From Alphaproteobacteria bacterium (GTDB lineage Bacteria; Pseudomonadota; Alphaproteobacteria; JAAXGF01), in NCBI GenBank assembly GCA_963555825.3, contig CAUVXB020000002.1, positions 512,001-576,000 on the forward strand: a stretch of 64,000 nt of DNA, written 5' to 3'. Of the stretch, positions 20,003-29,849 are shown in pieces. A program made the translations under genes and the position numbers. The notes beneath the pieces are model-generated. The model saw nothing but the letters and a program-made list of their open reading frames with translations, had not been told where the DNA came from and ran no database searches. The stretch's first letter is position 1. Each line of letters starts with the position of its first letter.

Positions 20003-21223
20003 TCAAGCGATGGCGGCGAGGTACCAGTCGACGAACCAGGCGCAGGGGTTCTCCATCGGCGCGTAAGGGCCGGGGACGTAGTAGCGCGAGTTGACGCCCT
20101 GCTGGTTGCGCTCGACGATCGCCTTGTCGGCCTCGGTAGTGACGCGCCACAGCCAGGTCACCCGTTCGACGTCGTAGTCGCGGCCCTCGACCGCGTCGTC
20201 CCTGACCAGCCAGACGACCTCGCATTCGGTCTCGTGCAAGCCGCGCGGCGTGAAGCGATAGACGACGGCGTGGTCGGCGTAGATCAGGAAATGGCTGATC
20301 GGGCCGAGCTGCAGGTCCGAGGCGCCGCCGTCGTGGCCTGTCAGATCGCCGAGCGGCGGCGCCGCCGGCTTGCCGTCCTCGGTGCCGGTCTGATAGCCAT
20401 CGAACAGCGCGTAGCGGCCGTAGTAGTACTGCAGGCGCGACGGGTCGTCGGGGCTCCAGGTAAAGTCGACGGTGCCAGGCGTCGCGCCGATCTCGCAGGC
20501 GCGCACGGCCATCGCCGCGTGCAGCTTGGCGGCGCGCGATTCGGGCAGCTTGATGCTGTGCGAATCGGAAAATTCAGGGTGCGACGGCGCGCAGTGGTAA
20601 CACTCCATGTAGTTTTCCAGCATCAGCTTCCAGTTGGCGTCGATCGTATAGGTCTCGCTCGCGACCACCTTGGTGTTCTCGAGACGGTAGGGCGCGAGGT
20701 GTTCGTCGAGCGCGCCATGCGCCGCGTCCAGGCTGCCCGCGTCGTCGGCGAAGTTGATGAAAATCAGGCCGTGAAACACGGCGGCGTGAATCGATCTCAG
20801 GCCGTGCGTCGACTTGTCGAAGTCCTTGGGCATCAGGCGCGCCGTCTGCAGGCTGCCGTCGAGGTCGTAGGTCCAGCCGTGGTAGGGGCATATGAGCCAG
20901 CGCGCGTTGCCGCAGGGCGCGTCGCAGATGCGCGAGCCGCGATGGCGGCAGACGTTGATTAGCGCGCGCACCGCGCCGTCGGTGCCGCGCACGACGATGA
21001 CCGACTCGCCGGCGATTTCGTATGTCAGATAGTCGCCCGGCTCGGGCATTTCGCTGACGTGACCGACGTAGAGCCAGTTGCGCAGGAAGATGCGTTCGAG
21101 ATCGCGCTCGTAGACCTCGGCGTCGTTGTAGAACGCCCGCCCCAGCGCGTGGCCCGGGCGGCGCTCGCCGATGAGCGAGGCGACCAACGCGCTCGATCCG
21201 GGTTTCGTCGCTGCCGCATGCAT
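20003..21223 (-). CDS. Rieske non-heme iron oxygenase alpha subunit (GbcA/betaine N-demethylase-like)
   Basis: CRHRG...CPYHGW Rieske motif, ANWK..ENYMECYHC...H. Confidence 0.9.
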   Translation of the reverse strand: MHAAATKPGSSALVASLIGERRPGHALGRAFYNDAEVYERDLERIFLRNWLYVGHVSEMPEPGDYLTYEIAGESVIVVRGTDGAVRALINVCRHRGSRICDAPCGNARWLICPYHGWTYDLDGSLQTARLMPKDFDKSTHGLRSIHAAVFHGLIFINFADDAGSLDAAHGALDEHLAPYRLENTKVVASETYTIDANWKLMLENYMECYHCAPSHPEFSDSHSIKLPESRAAKLHAAMAVRACEIGATPGTVDFTWSPDDPSRLQYYYGRYALFDGYQTGTEDGKPAAPPLGDLTGHDGGASDLQLGPISHFLIYADHAVVYRFTPRGLHETECEVVWLVRDDAVEGRDYDVERVTWLWRVTTEADKAIVERNQQGVNSRYYVPGPYAPMENPCAWFVDWYLAAIA

Positions 21224-21460
21224 GGACACCACTCCTCTCGTCGCCACGCCGCAACCGCTGGCGTCCTCAGCTATCGATGAGACGATGGCGATGGCCGCGT
21301 CGCACGCGTGCCTAGTGCGGCCGGTCTGCGTCTTGCAGCGCCGCGCTTCGCCCCGTCGCGCGCCAGCATAGCCGAACCAATTTCGGCGCGCCAGCGCCGC
21401 GTGACGCGTCGCGGCTTGGGCTATCCCGGGCGCGCGAATCGGGGTAGAAATCGGGTCGTC

Positions 21461-21838
21461 ATGGAGAACCCGAAACAACGCTCGCCGCGCGTCACGGCGC
21501 TCGCCTGGGGCCGCGTCGAGGTCGAGGGTGGCGCAAGCTTCAAGGATGCCAAGCTCTACCCGGGCGGCGCGCGCGAATGGGACTGGCGCGAGACCGGCAC
21601 GCGTCATGCGCCCGGCATCCAGCCGGCCGACGTCGAGGAGCTGATCGCGCGCGGCGCCGAGGTCGTGGTGCTCAGCCAAGGTATCTGGGAACGCTTGCGG
21701 ATCATGCCCGAAACGCTCCAGGCGCTGCGCCGGCACGGCATCGCGGCCCACGTGCTCGAAACCGAAGAGGCGGTGACGCTCTACAACGAGCTGTGCGAGA
21801 CATCGCCGGTCGGCGGCCTCATCCACTCGACTTGCTGA
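21461..21838 (+). CDS. Mth938-like domain protein (AAMDC)
   Basis: WDW.ETGT.H.PG, C-terminal IHSTC. Confidence 0.88.
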   Translation: MENPKQRSPRVTALAWGRVEVEGGASFKDAKLYPGGAREWDWRETGTRHAPGIQPADVEELIARGAEVVVLSQGIWERLRIMPETLQALRRHGIAAHVLETEEAVTLYNELCETSPVGGLIHSTC

Positions 21839-21845
21839 GCAGGGC

Positions 21846-22358
21846 ATGCAGCGCCGCACCCCGGCCAGACGACAGCCGCGCCGCGGCCCGATCATCGTTT
21901 CGGGCGGCCAGACCGGCGTCGACCGCGCCGCGCTCGACGTCTCGCTTGCGCTGGCCCTGCCGTGCGGCGGCTGGTGCCCGCGCGGCCGGCGCGCCGAAGA
22001 CGGCGTCATCGCCGCCCGGTATCCCCTGACCGAAACGCCGCGCACCGCCTATCTGCAGCGCACCGCCTGGAACGTCCGTGATGCCGACGCAACGCTGGTG
22101 CTGCTGCGCCGCGGCCCGACCGGCGGCACGCGGGCGACGATCCGCCTCGCCCGGCGCCGCGGACGGCGCTGCCGCGTCGTCGTCTTGGGTCCGAGCGCTC
22201 GGCCGGGGCCTGTAGTCGGCTGGCTGCGCGCCGCGCGCCCGCGCGTGCTCAACGTCGCCGGGCCGCGCGAGAGCGAGGCGCCGGGCGTCTACCGGGCGGC
22301 GTTCGCCTTCCTGCGAACGGTCCTCGCGGCGACACCGACGAACCGGTCGCGCCGCTGA
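21846..22358 (+). CDS. Putative molybdenum carrier / SLOG-family protein
   Basis: SGGQTGVDRAALD, GGWCP.GR.AEDG, LNVAGPRES. Confidence 0.85.
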   Translation: MQRRTPARRQPRRGPIIVSGGQTGVDRAALDVSLALALPCGGWCPRGRRAEDGVIAARYPLTETPRTAYLQRTAWNVRDADATLVLLRRGPTGGTRATIRLARRRGRRCRVVVLGPSARPGPVVGWLRAARPRVLNVAGPRESEAPGVYRAAFAFLRTVLAATPTNRSRR

Positions 22359-22418
22359 TTTCGCTGGCCAAGCCGAGGCGGCCAGATGCTATGGTGCCGC
22401 CCACGAAAGGAAATCAGA

Positions 22419-22640
22419 ATGCGCTGGATCGCCGCCGCCACCCTTGTGCTGCTGGTCGCCTGCGAAAATCGCATCGTCGAGTCGAGCCCGGCCGGTGTCT
22501 TGATCGAAGGCGGCGAGTTCGCACGCGAAGCCGAAGCGATGGCCAAGGCGCATTGCGCGAAGTACAGCAAGAACTACCAGCTCATGGCGGTCGAGCCGAT
22601 GACGTTTGTCACCTGGATCCACCACTACGATTGCATCTAG
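22419..22640 (+). CDS. Small lipoprotein
   Basis: Lipobox LVAC, AAGGA RBS, further Cys pair (AHCAKY...YDC). Confidence 0.7.
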   Translation: MRWIAAATLVLLVACENRIVESSPAGVLIEGGEFAREAEAMAKAHCAKYSKNYQLMAVEPMTFVTWIHHYDCI

Positions 22641-22678
22641 ACGACGGCATTCAGGGGCCAGGCCGCGGCCCGGAAACC

Positions 22679-22747
22679 GGTGGATAAGTGCATAGGCCTG
22701 TGGATAAATCCGCAAGCACCTGAAATCGCTTCAGAATTAAATCCACA
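22679..22747. promoter_or_regulatory. Cluster of DnaA-box-like 9-mers
   Basis: TGTGGATAA perfect (22699-22707), GGTGGATAA (22679-22687), AAATCCACA (22739-22747), followed by AT-rich tract. Confidence 0.55.
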
Positions 22748-22789
22748 AGAAATTTCAATCCTTTATCGATTATGCCTTGTCTTCGGCAA

Positions 22790-23420
22790 TAGTCCCGGAG
22801 ATAATTTAAATTGCGTGAAAGCGTCGGGGCAATGAATTTCCCGGTAGTATTGACAGTAAACTTTCGGGTTTGTTGTTTTTACCGCCAAGATGTTCAGAGT
22901 TCCGAGACAGACAAGCTCGTTCGCGAGCCTGCCTGTCGGGGGGCGGTCAGGTATTTCGCAAGAAATTCTCGATCGCCGGGCGGTTGATCCGCCTCCGCCC
23001 CGCACCGGGCTGTTCGCCCAACGCCAAGCGGCCTCCGGGTCGCCGACGCGGGCAGGCGAACGGGGATTGCCAAACGCCAAACGGTCTTCGGACCGTCGAC
23101 GCGCCCGGCAGTCGGGTGCCGACCCCTCGGGGACGGTTCCACCCACCGCCACGGAAGGTGCATCCTCGGATGCACCAACCGCTGGCCGGTAGGTCCGGCT
23201 AAGGATGGAATTGGATATCTCGCCTAAGGGCAGCGCGCCTCGCAAGGGGCAGCCGCCTTCATCGCCGACGATGGCTCTTCCCGGGGCACTCGTCCGGCAA
23301 TGAAAACGGCCAGCCGCCTGCCGGCTTTCGCCAACAGGAGTCTGACCGGCTCCAGAGACGCCAGGAGTGTCCCGCCCGGACACGTAGCGTTGGCCTAACG
23401 GCCTCGCTCCTGGCGTCTCG
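22790..23420 (+). ncRNA. Candidate large structured non-coding RNA, family unassigned
   Basis: More than 12 hairpins with UUCG/GCAA/GAAA/CUCG loops, G-U pairs favouring + strand, duplicated module with compensatory changes, no credible ORF. Confidence 0.65.
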
Positions 23421-23456
23421 ATTATTTATCAGGTCTCTCGCTCGAAAACAACAACA

Positions 23457-23643
23457 TATTGTGGTCGGCCCCGAAAAAGCTACAAGGGGTCAACACGGCG
23501 ATCCTGATCGATCGAAATTTTCCGGCCCACGCCAGTCTTATCCCAACAAGAGGGGAGCCGCCGACCGTTCGGCCACGCTTGATCCCATAAGACTGGCATG
23601 CGCGGCGATTGAGCGCAGGTCGCCGTAGGTGACCGCACAAAAT
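23457..23643. repeat. Structured motif, copy X (homologue at 48360-48489)
   Basis: Three identical blocks of 17, 26 and 16 nt shared with copy Y, separated by variable stems. Confidence 0.75.
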
Positions 23644-23675
23644 AACAACCGCACAATGAACGGCCAGACGAGCCC

Positions 23676-24428
23676 CTACCACTGTGACGTCGGCATGACG
23701 ACCAGCTCAGAAATCACGACGTGGGCCGGCTGCTCGAGGGCGAAGACGACGCAGCGCGCGATGTCTTCGGCGTCGAGCAGCGTCTCGTAGCCGTCGTAGA
23801 AGGCGCTGGCCTTCGCCTTGTCGCCCTGCCAGCGGGTCTCGCCGAACTCGGTCCGCGCGGTGCCCGGCAGGATTTCGGTGACGCGGATGCCGGTGCCGAC
23901 GTAATCGGCGCGCAGCGAGGCGGTGAAGCCGTGCACCGCGAACTTGCTGGCGGCATAGATCGTGCCGCCGGCGTAAGCCTTGAAACCCGAGATCGAACCC
24001 AGATTGACGATGTGGCCGCGGTCGCGTTCGACCATGCCGGGCGCCACCGCACCGGTCACGCGCATCAGGCCGGTGACGTTGGTCTCGACGATGCTCGCCC
24101 ACTGCGCCATGTCGCCCTCGTCGAAACGTCGGCGGCCGCCGATGTCGTGGCCCGCGTTGTTGACCAGGATGTCGATCGCGCGCAATTCCTCGGGCAAGCG
24201 CTCGATCAGGTTCCCGGTTGCCGCGGCGTCGGTGACGTCGAGCGTCAGCGGATGGCAGTTCGGCCCGAGCCGCTCGCCCAGCGCGCGCAGCCGATCGAGC
24301 CGGCGCGCCGCCGCGATCACGCGGCACCCCTTGGCGACCAGCGCCTCGGTGATGGCGACGCCGAAGCCCGCGCTGGCGCCGGTGACCAGCGCGACCGCGC
24401 CGGACGCCAGGATCGGCTCGCCGGCCAT
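23676..24428 (-). CDS. SDR-family oxidoreductase (YdfG-like)
   Basis: TGASAGFG, NNAG, YAASK. Confidence 0.9.
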   Translation of the reverse strand: MAGEPILASGAVALVTGASAGFGVAITEALVAKGCRVIAAARRLDRLRALGERLGPNCHPLTLDVTDAAATGNLIERLPEELRAIDILVNNAGHDIGGRRRFDEGDMAQWASIVETNVTGLMRVTGAVAPGMVERDRGHIVNLGSISGFKAYAGGTIYAASKFAVHGFTASLRADYVGTGIRVTEILPGTARTEFGETRWQGDKAKASAFYDGYETLLDAEDIARCVVFALEQPAHVVISELVVMPTSQW

Positions 24429-24435
24429 GCGCCGC

Positions 24436-24825
24436 TCAGTCCTCGCCGGGCAGCCGCTCGCCGGCGGCGAAGATGAGCTCAATCTTGACGCCGTCGGGGT
24501 CGTGCACGAAGACCTGGCGCAGGCCGAAACCCGGCACGGTGCGCAGCTCGTAATCGACGCCGTGGCCGTCGAGCCTGGCGACGGTGCCGGCGAGGTCGCT
24601 GGCACGGAACGCGAAATGATCGAACGGCCCGGTCGAGCCGCCCGCATCGCCGGCTGCGCGGCCGACCAGATGCACGATCGGCCTGTCGCCCTGGTAAAGC
24701 CAGGCGCCCGGCACGTCGAACGGCGGCCGTTCGCCGTCGACGAGACCCAGCACCTCGGCATAGAAGCGCCGCGACGCCGCCAGGTCGGCGGTCACGATCG
24801 TCATATGGTCCAGTCCATCGATCAT
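24436..24825 (-). CDS. VOC/glyoxalase-family protein
   Basis: LDH..I...DL.ASRRFY..VLG, DHFAF, DPDG.KIEL. Confidence 0.88.
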   Translation of the reverse strand: MIDGLDHMTIVTADLAASRRFYAEVLGLVDGERPPFDVPGAWLYQGDRPIVHLVGRAAGDAGGSTGPFDHFAFRASDLAGTVARLDGHGVDYELRTVPGFGLRQVFVHDPDGVKIELIFAAGERLPGED

Positions 24826-24851
24826 CTTTCCTTGCCCTTTCGCCCGGCTTT

Positions 24852-25457
24852 CTAGTCGACGATCTCGAAATGCGCGTCGGTCGGCGTCGCGTCGACGCCG
24901 TTGATCGGCAGCATGTCCTGCGGGCAGGCCGAGAACGCGACGATGCAGTCCATCTCGGCGCGCAGCATGACGTAATCGCCGGGCTTGTTCTCGGGCGGCA
25001 GGAAATCGAGCCGGCGGCCCTCGAGCACCGGGATGTTCATGAACAGGTTCAGGGGACTCGGCACCTCGGGCGGCGTCAGACCGAGCTCGGCCATCGAGGC
25101 ATGCAGGTTGTCGGTGCAGTTGTCGTGGTATTCGGTACAGCCGAGCATGCGGTAGCGGTGCACGTCGCACGCCGCCATCAAGGTGTCGTGGATGCCCGAC
25201 GAGGTGTCCTCGGTGAGCGTCAGGATCGCCCGGCGCTGGTTGGTGACCAGCGCGTCACCGACCTCGGGGACGATCGCGACGAGCGCCACCCGCGTGTGTT
25301 CCATCGACATGAACTCGCCGAGGTCGTCGGCGTTGAACGCCCAGGCATCGACGACCTGCTCGCCGAGCGTGTTGATGACCTTGACGCTCTGGCCCTTGGC
25401 GAGGTGCGCCGCTTTGCCCTTGCGCGCTGGGATGGTGATGGTTTCGCCCGCTGCCAT
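24852..25457 (-). CDS. Urea carboxylase-associated family protein (DUF1989)
   Basis: GEQVVD, HD.L..AC, NC.DN, LNLFMN, SACPQD. Confidence 0.88.
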   Translation of the reverse strand: MAAGETITIPARKGKAAHLAKGQSVKVINTLGEQVVDAWAFNADDLGEFMSMEHTRVALVAIVPEVGDALVTNQRRAILTLTEDTSSGIHDTLMAACDVHRYRMLGCTEYHDNCTDNLHASMAELGLTPPEVPSPLNLFMNIPVLEGRRLDFLPPENKPGDYVMLRAEMDCIVAFSACPQDMLPINGVDATPTDAHFEIVD

Positions 25458-25752
25458 GGCTCGACTCCCCAGGTTGTCCGCGTATACCCCGATTATGACC
25501 CGCGATTGGCCGTCACGCTAGACGGTCGTTGGGTAAACCACCCACAGATCGAAACGGCGGAAATTGTTTATGGCTTCAATTGGAAAACGGACCCGAACTT
25601 TTCTATCTTAAAGCTGTGACGGCTTTACCCCGAATCTCCGCCAGCACCGATATAGCATCCGAAAGCAACCGTCGAGGCCAGCCGTGGCTGCACAATGTCG
25701 TCATCTTTAAACTAGGATCAACGTCAAAGTAACGATCGACTGTAGGTCCAGT

Positions 25753-27172
25753 TGTATCGCACCCGGTTCCTTGGACACAAGTTTGTCTCATGCGGCGGGC
25801 CTGAGTGACATCGCGGTGTGCCACGCCTGACGAGCTTGAGCGGGGCTCAGGTAGCCGTTCTTCTCCACGATCCACTGGGCATTGTACTGTTCGACGAACC
25901 CGCGGACGGCGTTCCGCAGCTCCGCGATGTTGCGGTAGATGCGGCCATGGATGATCTGTTCCTTGAGCGTGCGATTGAACCTCTCGGCGACGCCGTTGGT
26001 CTGGGGCTGTTCGACGAAGGCGTAGGACGGCTGGATGCCCCAGAACTTGATCTGGTTGGTGAAGTGGTCCGACAGATACTGGGAGCCGTGATCCATCCGC
26101 AAGGCCAGCCCCCGCGCCGCACCGGCGGAGGTCGAGGCATACAGCCTCGCAAGCCCCATGGAGATCGGCTGAAGGGCGGCGAAGCGGTCGCCTCGCTTGC
26201 ACACATGCCAGCCGACGCACTCGGCGTTCCAATGCTCGATGGCGGTGAATATCCAGCCCCAGCCGTCGTCCACCGTGAACACCCGAACGCCGTCCGTGCC
26301 CCACATGAGGTTGGGGGCATGGGTGATGATCTCACCGACATGGGGATTTCCGCCACGGCGGCGGCAGCGATGGGGCGAGAGCAGGTTGTTCTCGCGCATC
26401 ACCCGGAGCCCCCGCTTGCGGGAAACACGGATGCCACGACAGACCCGAAGCCGAGCCCAGACCTTGCGGTGTCCCTCGCCCTCCCAGGGGGATGCCTCCA
26501 GGTCGGCCTCGATGGCCACCAGCAGAGCCTCGTCCGAGATCGAGGGCTTCGGTCCCCGGCGCTTTGCTGGTGGGCGCTCAGCGGTGGCCTGCTGCCGGGA
26601 TTTCATGGCGTAGAACGAGGAACGGGCAAAACCCCAGGCCGCACAGACCCGCTGGAGGCCGTAGGCCAAACCCGTGCCGGGAGAGGTGGCGGCACTCATC
26701 GCCGCGACCTCCGCCGCCCCAAAGGGCCGGACGTCTCCGTCTTGGCCTCCAGCAGTTCCACCTGCATGATCAACTCCCCGATCCGCTTCATGGCGATGTC
26801 CAGTTCCGCCTTCACCGGATCGCCCTTGCGTTCCTTGAGCGAGGCATCGATCCCGGCGATCGCCTTCTCACGCCACTGCTCGAGCCGGAAAATCTCCACG
26901 CCCAACTGCCGCGACAAAAGTTCCACCGGCTCGCCACGCAAAAGCCGCAGGGCAACCTCACGCTTGCGCGTCACCGTCCACCGCTGGCCAAGTCCCAGCG
27001 GGCCTGCCGGCGAAACCTGGCCCGGGGAAAACGTGGACGAGCCAAGCTCGCCCTCGTTTACCACAGGCCCATCAACAGCAACTTTGTTCTCAAAATTGTC
27101 GGTCATGTTCCGGTCCTCCTTGGACACTTCGATTAAGCCAATTCTGTGTCCAAGGAAATCGGGTCCGACTCA
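25753..27172 (-). mobile_element. IS3/IS481-like element (orfA 26696-27106, orfB 25788-26699) flanked by 14-bp direct repeat
   Basis: TG...CA ends with TIR; W.TD, DHGSQY, NGVAERFNRTLK; DR ACTGTAGGTCCAGT 25739-25752 / 27173-27186. Confidence 0.88.
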
Positions 27173-27232
27173 ACTGTAGGTCCAGTTACCAACGCCACCC
27201 CGAAATGTACCTCTCGCTTTGACAACGAAGAA

Positions 27233-28569
27233 TGAGGTGGTCCCAGAAAATCGGACAGGGAGCTAAGGTGTATTCCACCGGATAACGGAGGAATACGAGA
27301 TGACGAATCGACGCCGGTTTACGGCGGAATTCAAGGCCCGGGTGGCGCTGGAAGCGCTGCGGGGCGACAAGACGATCCAGCAGATCGCGGCCAAGCACAA
27401 GGTGCATCCGAACCAGGTGAGCGCCTGGAAGCGCCAGGCGGTGGACGGTCTGGGCGAAGTGTTTTCGAACGGCGCCAACCGCGCTTGCCGGGATCATGAA
27501 TCCGAGGTCCGCGACCTTCACGCCAAGATCGGCGAGCTGACGGTGGAACGGGATTTTTTAGCCAGAGGGCTCAAGCGATGAGCCGGGGGGAGCGCAAGGC
27601 GATGATCACACGCGACGCCCCCGAGCTGAGCTTGAGCCGTCAATGCCGCCTGCTTTCGATCGGCCGGTCCTCGTTCTATTATGCGCCCAGGGGGGAGAGC
27701 CCTTCGAGTCTGGCGCTGATGCGTCGGATCGACGAGTTGTTCATGAAGTACCCGTTCTACGGCAGCCGCCAGATGGTCCGCCAGTTGCGGCGGGACGGCG
27801 TTTGCGTCGGCCGTCACCGGGTTCGCAGGTTGATGCGATTGATAGGCCTGGAGGCGATCTATCAGGCGCCGAGAACCAGCGTGCCGCATCCCATGCACCG
27901 GATTTATCCTTATCTTCTCAAAGGGATGGCTATCGACCAGCCCAATCGGGTCTGGTGCGCCGACATCACCTATATCCCCGTCCAGCGTGGCTTTCTGTAC
28001 CTGGTAGCGATCATGGACTGGGCGACGCGCCACGTTTTATCCTGGCGGCTGTCGAACACCATGGACGCTGGATTCTGCGCCGAGGCCTTGGGCGACGCGC
28101 TGGCCCGCTACGGCCAGCCGGAGATATTCAATACGGATCAGGGCAGCCAGTTCACCAGCCTCGACTTCACCGGCGTGCTCAAGAACGCGAGCATCCGCAT
28201 CTCCATGGACGGTCGGGGCCGCTGCATGGACAACATCTTCATCGAGCGCCTGTGGCGGTCTCTCAAGTATGAGGCGGTCTACCTACACGAGCTCACCGAC
28301 GGCTTCCACGCCGAACGGGTCATCGGCGAGTGGATCGGCTTCTACAACACCGAGCGGCCCCATTCGTCCCTCGACGGTCAAACGCCGGCCGAGGCCTACG
28401 GGGCCGGTCAACCTGTGGATATGATGGACAAGGCTCGCGCCTTGCCCACATCCCCACAGGCTCAACAACAGCAACAGGATGTGATAAAAAGGATTTTGGC
28501 AGCATGATCAAACAACGGAATACACCTTAACCGCGCTGCCAAACTGTCCAACAAAGTGGGACCACCTCA
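27233..28569 (+). mobile_element. IS3-family element (orfA 27300-27581, orfB 27578-28507)
   Basis: TIR TGAGGTGGTCCCA; TSD GAA; WCADITY, TDQGSQF, DNIFIERLWRSLKYE. Confidence 0.93.
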
Positions 28570-28665
28570 GAACAACACCCCTTGCCCACCACCGCAAAAA
28601 GGACATATATCCCAAATCCAACGACACCATAGAAGATTACTTCCATCGGATTATCTACATGAAAC

Positions 28666-29849
28666 CTAGTGTCCTGATCGATAAATTGATATGATTATGT
28701 CTCTATTTGTTTTTAGGAGGCGCGATTGATGGCGAGAGTGGCGGTGACGATCTCTTTGAGCGATGACGAGCGCGCCGAATTGGAGGCGCTGTCTCGTCGT
28801 CGCAAGACGTCGCAGGGGCTTGCGCGGCGGGCTCGGATCGTCTTGGCGGCGGCGGAAGGGTTGGAGAACAAGGAGATCGCCGTTCGTCTCGAGGCGAGCG
28901 CGGACACCGTGGGCAAGTGGCGTCGCCGCTATGCGGCGGAGGGCCTCGACGGTCTGTACGACGAACCCCGCCCCGGCGCGCCGCGTCAAATCGGCGATGA
29001 CGCCATCGCGGAAGCGGTCCGGCTGACGCTGGAAGAGACGCCGCCGGACGCGACCCATTGGAGCCTTCGCTCGATGGCGCGGGCGAGCGGCCACGCGCCC
29101 TCGACCATTCATCGCATCTGGCGGGCCTTCGGCTTGCAGCCGCATCGCTCGGAGACCTTCAAGCTGTCGAGCGATCCCTTCTTCGTGGAGAAGGTCCGCG
29201 ACATCGTCGGTCTGTATTTGGCGCCGCCGGATCGTGCCCTGGTTCTCTGTGTCGACGAAAAGAGCCAGATCCAGGCCCTGGACCGTTCCCAGCCCCTCTT
29301 GCCGATGCGCCCCGGGCAGGCGGAGCGGCGCAGCCACGACTACAAGCGCCACGGCACGACCTCTCTCTTCGCGGCCCTCGACATCGCCACGGGAGAGATC
29401 ATCGGCAAATGTTTCCCGCGCCATCGGGCCCGAGAGTTCCGCAAATTCCTCGACCTCGTCGAGGCGAACGTCCCTGCTGATCTCGACATCCACATCGTCA
29501 TGGACAACTACGGGACCCACAAGACCAAGGCGATCCGCGACTGGTTCGCCAAACGGCCGCGCTGGCAGGCCCATTTCACACCCACCAGCGCCTCCTGGCT
29601 GAACCAGGTCGAGCGCTGGTTCGGGCTGCTGACCGACAAGCAGATCAGGCGCGGCGTCCATCGCTCCACCAAGGAGTTGGAGCGCACCATCCTCGACTAC
29701 ATCGACCGACAAACCAGAACCCCAAACCCTTCAAATGGACCAAATCCGCCGATGACATCCTCACCGCCATCCAGCGCTTCTGCCTCCGAACAATCGAAAT
29801 CGCTGAACAGCAGGCGAAAATCATGCGAACTTCGGAATCGGGACACTAG
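28666..29849 (+). mobile_element. IS630-family element inserted at CTAG; transposase (from 28729) has 1-bp deletion near 29707
   Basis: CTAGTGTCC...GGACACTAG ends; near-identical to 59849-61033; ATCGAC-CGAC vs ATCGACACGAC. Confidence 0.92.

Noticed and set aside
20003-22045. 680-aa Rieske fusion protein
   Set aside because: The N-terminal extension is antisense to two real + strand genes; start placed at 21223.
22679-22880. oriC, and a sigma70 promoter at TTGACA 22850
   Set aside because: Only one perfect DnaA box and no origin-linked genes; TTGACA has no usable -10 at 17 bp and lies within a hairpin.
22763-23383. ORFs of 94-206 aa overlapping the structured tract
   Set aside because: No recognisable domain, composition typical of shadow ORFs in GC-rich DNA, weak starts.
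22790-23420. RNase P RNA, tmRNA, tRNA/rRNA or group II intron identity for the structured tract
   Set aside because: No GAGGAAAGTCC motif, tRNA-like arms or domain V seen on either strand by eye; a formal Rfam scan is still needed.
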